Shown here piece after piece: positions 7,221-12,007 of a stretch of 12,007 nt of DNA; position 1 is the stretch's first letter, and every line of letters starts with the position of its first letter. Source of the stretch: Candidatus Zixiibacteriota bacterium (lineage in GTDB: Bacteria > Zixibacteria > MSB-5A5 > CAIYYT01). The stretch is taken from contig JBECKX010000107.1 in the NCBI GenBank assembly GCA_040235515.1, forward strand, positions 1 through 12,007. The letters are read 5' to 3'. The translations under genes and the position numbers were made by a program. The notes beneath the pieces were generated by a model. It was not told where the DNA came from. It ran no database searches and saw nothing but the letters and a program-made list of their open reading frames with translations.

Positions 7221-8789
7221 GTGATTACACAACACAATATTCTGGTAGTCGACGACGAGCAGGTCATCTGCGATCTGGTGCGCGAGATGCTTGAATCTTG
7301 CGGCAACTATTCTGTTGTGGCGGAAACTGACCCGGCCAGAGCACTGGCGATGCTCGAGACGACCGGTTTCGACCTGGTCCTTACCGACCTGATTATGGGG
7401 GATTACACCGGGATGCAGGTGATTGAAGCGGCACTCGATCGAAATCCCGATACGATCGTCGTGCTGATGACCGGCTACCCCACAATCGAGACGGCGATCA
7501 ACGCCCTGAAGTACGGTGCATACGACTACGTCACCAAGCCCTTCAAGCTTGAAGTTCTGAAAATGATCATCGAGCGTGGGCTGCGTAAACAACAACTCGC
7601 CAGAGAGAATATGCAGCTCAAGGACCAGCTCGCCCTCTTCAAGCTGGCCGAAGCGATGGGCACCACCATCAATCTCAACTCCGCGCTCAATCAGGTCCTC
7701 AAGCTGGGCTTACGCGAATTCAGCGCCGACGCCGCTTCGATCCTCTTCTACGACAACAACGGCAGCGGCAAACTGATTCTCCAGGCAATCCAGTCGGTCA
7801 ACGGCGACGACATAAATACTCCCTTCCTCGAAGGGGAGACGGAACACTCGCACCTGGCGATCCGCACGAAAATCGTTGAGATCGAGAATGTCGTTACCTC
7901 CTCAGGCGCCGGTTCCGGTGTCCCGCGTAAAACGACAAGCTACCTCTCGTGCCCGCTGCTGGCACGGAATCGCGTGATCGGGCTGCTCAACATCGAACGG
8001 CGCAACTTCCACCGCGAATTCAGCAGCGGTGAACTGCAGTGCCTGAAGATCATTGCCACCAAGGCGGCGTACGCCATCAGCAATTCGCGGTTGTACGATG
8101 ATCTCGAAAAAGCGTATCTCTCGACCCTGCTCGCATTAGCCAACGCCGTCGAAGCGCGCGATCAATACACCAGCGGTCATACAGTTCGCGTCACCTATCT
8201 GGCAGAGTTGATTGCTACCGAACTGGGCTGGGATGGCGACCGGCTGTTCTCCCTCACGATGGGTTGTTCACTGCACGATATCGGAAAAATCGGCGTGCCG
8301 GATTCGATCCTGAATAAACCGGGTAAACTCACTGACCACGAGCGACAGGTGATGGAACGACACACCGAACTCGGCGCGCGAATCATCGAAGGAATCCCCT
8401 TCCTGCAGCCATGCATCGACTACATCACCTCCCACCATGAACAGTGGGATGGTTCAGGCTATCCGAAGGGACTCAAGGGTGAGGAAATTCCGATCGAGGG
8501 CCGCCTGCTCTCCGTGGCCGATACCTTCGATGCCATCGTGACCGACCGTCCCTATCGACGCGGCAAGTCGGTCGAACAGGCAGTCCAGGAATTGGTCGAC
8601 TTCTCCGGTCGGCAGTTTGACCCCTTTATCGTTCAGGTCTTCATCGAAGCGTTGGAGAAAAACCGGGATAAGATCAACACGATCTACAATCTGCCCACCG
8701 ATGAATCGGCCTACGCAAATCAGCCTTCGACTCAGGTGGCCAGTCAGCCCACAGCCAGGCAGGCGGAAGCTAAAGCGGGCTTGGCGTAA
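7221..8789 (+). CDS. Response regulator with REC, GAF and HD-GYP domains; probable cyclic di-nucleotide (c-di-GMP) phosphodiesterase (522 aa, GTG start)
   Basis: REC: ILVVDDE, DLVLTD (phospho-acceptor), MTGY, GAYDYVTKPF. GAF: SYLSCPLLARNRVIGLLNI...FSSGELQCL...AISNSRLY. HD-GYP: EARDQYTSGH, LHDIGKIGVPD, HHEQWDGSGYP, VADTFDAIVTDRPYR. Confidence 0.95.
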   Translation: MITQHNILVVDDEQVICDLVREMLESCGNYSVVAETDPARALAMLETTGFDLVLTDLIMGDYTGMQVIEAALDRNPDTIVVLMTGYPTIETAINALKYGAYDYVTKPFKLEVLKMIIERGLRKQQLARENMQLKDQLALFKLAEAMGTTINLNSALNQVLKLGLREFSADAASILFYDNNGSGKLILQAIQSVNGDDINTPFLEGETEHSHLAIRTKIVEIENVVTSSGAGSGVPRKTTSYLSCPLLARNRVIGLLNIERRNFHREFSSGELQCLKIIATKAAYAISNSRLYDDLEKAYLSTLLALANAVEARDQYTSGHTVRVTYLAELIATELGWDGDRLFSLTMGCSLHDIGKIGVPDSILNKPGKLTDHERQVMERHTELGARIIEGIPFLQPCIDYITSHHEQWDGSGYPKGLKGEEIPIEGRLLSVADTFDAIVTDRPYRRGKSVEQAVQELVDFSGRQFDPFIVQVFIEALEKNRDKINTIYNLPTDESAYANQPSTQVASQPTARQAEAKAGLA

Positions 8790-9870
8790 AGGTAAGCAGG
8801 AAAATCACTATCGCCGCCCAACCGAGCCACTTGCTGCCGCGCGATACAGGCGCATAGTCGTTCATCGTGGGTGGGTGCTTAAACCGAATCACAAAGAACA
8901 CCAGCGCAGCCCACAGCCACCAACCCTGCCATAAGAAACCAAATCCAGCCAGAGCGATAAAGACTCCGCGCGAGACCAGCCCGTGCAGCCTCGGCGAGAG
9001 AGCATAGACGATATGTCCGCCATCGAGCTGCCCCACTGGAAGCAGGTTAAGCGCCGTAACAAACAGCCCGACCCAGGCCGCAAAGAGCATAGGGTTCTGC
9101 GGAAGCGGGATCACGTAGTCAGAGGGAAAGCTTTGCGTCATGAAGATCGGCTCGAGCAGCCTGAATATCAGCGGTTCTATGATCTGCGACCCCTCGCTGA
9201 AGAAATCCGTCGGAGGGACCGCAACCACCCGCGTCATGCTGATCGCCAGAATAACGACCGCCACCACGAATCCTGCGACCGGGCCCCACGCCCCGACTTC
9301 AATCAGGTCGCGCCGCGAAGTAAATGGAGATTTCGATTTGATGAAGGCGCCGAACGTACCGATTAGAGTCGGTGCCGGAATGAAGTAGGGAAGTGTTACC
9401 CTGATGCCGCGCCGTTTGGCCGCGAAGTAGTGTCCGAACTCATGGAAGAGGAGAATCGTCAGCAGCGAGGCTGTAAACGGCTGCCACGCCCAGAATTGTG
9501 CGGGATCGCTCAACCCTGCGACCACTCCGCTCCAGTTGCCGATCATCAGGTCGAAAAAGACGTAGCTGATCGAGACTGTAAACAGGGTTGCGGCAAACAG
9601 TACCAGGTGCAGCCACGGGAACCCCTTCTTCTCGGCATAGATCGTCAGGTATACATGGGGGCCAGATTCATCGATACGTAGCGAGCCGCCAAGCGCTTCG
9701 AACCGTTGCTTGAGGAGTTGTTGCCAGCCGTTGTCGGCGGCGACGGCTGTGCCGCGAACATGAAGTTCGTCGCTGCGCGTGTAGTAGCCATCCACTACCA
9801 CATACTCTTCAACGATGCTCAGCAGGTCGGAAACCGGCTTTTTGATGGCGGTGCTTCTCATCCTACTCAT
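8770..9870 (-). CDS. Site-2 protease family intramembrane zinc metalloprotease (peptidase M50, EGY-like subgroup)
   Basis: HEFGH zinc motif within a hydrophobic segment, PYFIP...GTFGAFIK, GPVAG, NLLPVGQLDGGH, several TM-like stretches and a soluble N-terminal ~80 aa. Start could be 9870 or 9861. Confidence 0.94.
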   Translation of the reverse strand: MSRMRSTAIKKPVSDLLSIVEEYVVVDGYYTRSDELHVRGTAVAADNGWQQLLKQRFEALGGSLRIDESGPHVYLTIYAEKKGFPWLHLVLFAATLFTVSISYVFFDLMIGNWSGVVAGLSDPAQFWAWQPFTASLLTILLFHEFGHYFAAKRRGIRVTLPYFIPAPTLIGTFGAFIKSKSPFTSRRDLIEVGAWGPVAGFVVAVVILAISMTRVVAVPPTDFFSEGSQIIEPLIFRLLEPIFMTQSFPSDYVIPLPQNPMLFAAWVGLFVTALNLLPVGQLDGGHIVYALSPRLHGLVSRGVFIALAGFGFLWQGWWLWAALVFFVIRFKHPPTMNDYAPVSRGSKWLGWAAIVIFLLTFTPSPL

Positions 9871-9983
9871 TTCAACAATCGTCGCTCAGGTCGGTTCCCT
9901 GCTTCAGTTGCTCCATACTTATATGATCGACAACCGCGGCGGCTCTTCTACATCGCAATTGCGACGGTTACGCAGACGAGAAC

Positions 9984-10015
9984 AAAAAAAAGCAAGGGTC
10001 CCGAAGGACCCTTGC
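9984..10015 (-). terminator. Rho-independent terminator of the large dockerin-domain gene
   Basis: Minus strand: 10 bp perfect stem GCAAGGGTCC / GGACCCTTGC with C(UUCG)G tetraloop, followed by 8 U (9991-9984), about 30 nt after the stop at 10048. Confidence 0.93.
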
Positions 10016-10047
10016 CTTTCATCTATGCTCAAATACTTGAGACAGAT

Positions 10048-12006
10048 TTAGAAGACGAATGCGCTCTGCGGAGGCGCGCCACCAGTGAAGTAGTAGGCGG
10101 CCAGGTAGGCACAGTCATCTGAATCGACGTCACCGTCGTTGTCAACATCACCGAGATGCTTGAACGGCTCCGGACCGTTGGTGCCGTTAGCAACGTAGTT
10201 GCTGAGGCGGACCAGGTCGCGAAGGTCGATCAGACCATCATCGTTGACATCGCCACGGGCGAATCCGACGTACTTGTTGATAAACGCAGCCAGAGCTTCG
10301 GTGTCGCCATTCGGGTCCGCAGGAGCGAACATTCCGTAGATAGCGAAGCCGTAGGAATGGACGGCGTTGCCGGCAAGATCAACCTTACCAAAGGCGGTCA
10401 AGCTGGACTTATCAACGGTCGAAGCATCGTCTGGCTCGTAGTAGAAACCATCTTCAGGATAGCTGTCTACCCAAGCATACAATGAATCGAGGATACAGTC
10501 ACCGCAAGCACCACTCGGGTAAATCGAGGTGGCGTTGTCGATGATGCGGGCGTTGTACATCGGGTCGGTCTTCGTGCCATCGGGCCAGTATGAACCAGCC
10601 TGCGGCAGTCCGATAACACCATTGACGTCGCCACTGGTCGTTTCGATCTGGTAGTGATAACCAGCAGCTGCATCAGCGAAACCACCGTCGGTACCGATAT
10701 CCCAGTCAATGAACGAACCGTAGTAGAGGCCGTTCAGGGCTGAGGCATTGCGGTTCTCGATATCAGCCACGATCACCTTGAAACCGTCGAAGTCGGCGCC
10801 ATAGGTACCAACTTCACGATAGCTGATCTTCAGGCCCATGGCCGGACCAGCCTGCTGCGGCCAGAGACCGGCGCCCTGCAGCGAGTCGATCATGGCAAAC
10901 GTGCAGAGGTCTCCCTGGGTGTTAGCGTAGCTGTTACCGCCGTCAGTCGTGTACTCGACAGGAAGAACGACACCAAAGTCGCAACCGCCGCAATCCTGGT
11001 TGGCGTACGGACCGACATAGAACGGATACAGGAATCCGAAGTCCTTCGGTACGGTTGAGCCGAACAGGTTCCAGGCAGCATCATCCATCGAGGTCATGAA
11101 GAACATAGTACCTTCGTACAGGTGATCATCATCTGTACCACCAACGTCGATACTGAAGTCCTGACTCACGTCTGAATCACCGATTTCGCCACGGTTCGAA
11201 TACCATTCCTGACCGGCGGTACCAAAGTTCATGATACCGGTCTCGACAGGGCAGTACTCGTACGGGATACGATACTCGATCACGGCTCTCGGGTCGTCCG
11301 CAGGGGTCGCCAGAGCGTAATCAGGATCGTTTGAACTGACTTCAACATAGAAAATGTTCGGAGCAAGGAAGTTCATTCCGCTACGATCGAATTCCCATGT
11401 CCAGTCCGCACCGTCGCCCGGAAGCAGAGTTCCGGTCACGGTCGCACCGCCGGACGGCGGGTTCACCCAAGTTACCCATGAAGGCGGAGCAAGGACGCTC
11501 GAACGCGAATCGGAGGCAAATGCCTTCGGGGTGTAAACGGTACGCTCGGCCTTTTCGCCGTTCTCGTTGACACCAAAGGTCACGTTCGAAAGGTTCTTGC
11601 TAAAGTACGTAGCATTACGTCCCATCATCTCATTGACCGTAACGTCAACAATCGAGTTCGAAAGATTGTCGGCATACTTGATCATGTCAGGATGGACCGT
11701 AGTGACATTGACAACACTGGCGGAAGGCGGAGTGCCTGCCTCAAGTGTGGCCTCGTATTCGAGGTTCGCGCAACCGGTGTTGACGATAGCGTCAGTCGCG
11801 GTGCGCTGTACCGGCGCTGCTTCTGAGGTGTTTGTACCCGGAAGCATAACCAGGCTGGACGGGACATAGAGACGCGGACGCGGTCCACCGATCTTCCAGG
11901 CGAACAGTTCGCCAGACGCCGAATAGCCACCGGCGGAAAGAACGAAGTACGGAGCGCCATCCGAGCCCATCGCGATCGCGGTATAGTGACCGATGTTGAC
12001 GTTCGG
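10048..12006 (-). CDS. Large acidic, probably secreted/surface protein with Ig-like region and C-terminal dockerin type I-like domain; 5' end lies outside the window
   Basis: Frame stays open upstream of ATG 11970 to the window edge (PNVNIGHYTAIAM...). C-terminus has two Ca-binding repeats, GDVNDDGLIDLRDLVRLSNYV and GDVDNDGDVDSDDCAYLAAYYFTGGAPP. Composition rich in D/G/T/Y/N, no obvious TM helix; VSSNDPD Ig-like signature. Confidence 0.88.
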   Translation of the reverse strand, partial: PNVNIGHYTAIAMGSDGAPYFVLSAGGYSASGELFAWKIGGPRPRLYVPSSLVMLPGTNTSEAAPVQRTATDAIVNTGCANLEYEATLEAGTPPSASVVNVTTVHPDMIKYADNLSNSIVDVTVNEMMGRNATYFSKNLSNVTFGVNENGEKAERTVYTPKAFASDSRSSVLAPPSWVTWVNPPSGGATVTGTLLPGDGADWTWEFDRSGMNFLAPNIFYVEVSSNDPDYALATPADDPRAVIEYRIPYEYCPVETGIMNFGTAGQEWYSNRGEIGDSDVSQDFSIDVGGTDDDHLYEGTMFFMTSMDDAAWNLFGSTVPKDFGFLYPFYVGPYANQDCGGCDFGVVLPVEYTTDGGNSYANTQGDLCTFAMIDSLQGAGLWPQQAGPAMGLKISYREVGTYGADFDGFKVIVADIENRNASALNGLYYGSFIDWDIGTDGGFADAAAGYHYQIETTSGDVNGVIGLPQAGSYWPDGTKTDPMYNARIIDNATSIYPSGACGDCILDSLYAWVDSYPEDGFYYEPDDASTVDKSSLTAFGKVDLAGNAVHSYGFAIYGMFAPADPNGDTEALAAFINKYVGFARGDVNDDGLIDLRDLVRLSNYVANGTNGPEPFKHLGDVDNDGDVDSDDCAYLAAYYFTGGAPPQSAFVF

Positions 12007-12007
12007 G

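Noticed and set aside
10495..10992. Heme c binding sites in the large protein
   Set aside because: Both CxxC motifs are followed by D or I, not H.
1..12007. CRISPR arrays, tRNA/rRNA, transposases, integrases, defence or toxin-antitoxin genes, recoding events
   Set aside because: No regularly spaced repeats, cloverleaf motifs or mobile-element proteins seen. The ORF-track genes read through without internal stops, and the PFOR start and all motifs I checked share one frame.

Overview
Bacterial chromosomal window, GC-rich in coding regions, with nine supportable protein genes (two truncated by the window edges). I found no RNA gene, CRISPR array or mobile element that I can identify. Left half is an anaerobic redox/cofactor neighbourhood: a single-chain pyruvate:ferredoxin/flavodoxin oxidoreductase (minus strand, runs off the left edge, absent from the ORF track), dCTP deaminase and an Rrf2 regulator lacking the usual 3-Cys Fe-S ligand set. 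These are divergent, across a ~470 bp intergenic region, from cob(I)alamin adenosyltransferase and thioredoxin reductase. Right half holds a PadR-family regulator, a REC-GAF-HD-GYP phosphodiesterase converging on an EGY-like site-2 protease, and the 3' part of a large acidic, probably extracellular protein ending in a dockerin-type double Ca-binding repeat (a style typical of Zixibacteria-like FCB bacteria; inference). The genes belong to known families and I cannot demonstrate a new system. The best leads are non-coding or architectural: (1) a ~140 nt nested rod-like inverted-repeat element in the rrf2 leader with a near-consensus Rex-type operator at its tip; (2) matching sigma28-like promoters upstream of both convergent genes (HD-GYP and S2P); (3) the one-Cys Rrf2; (4) the split-Ig/dockerin surface protein. 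All pairing and motif calls were made by eye.
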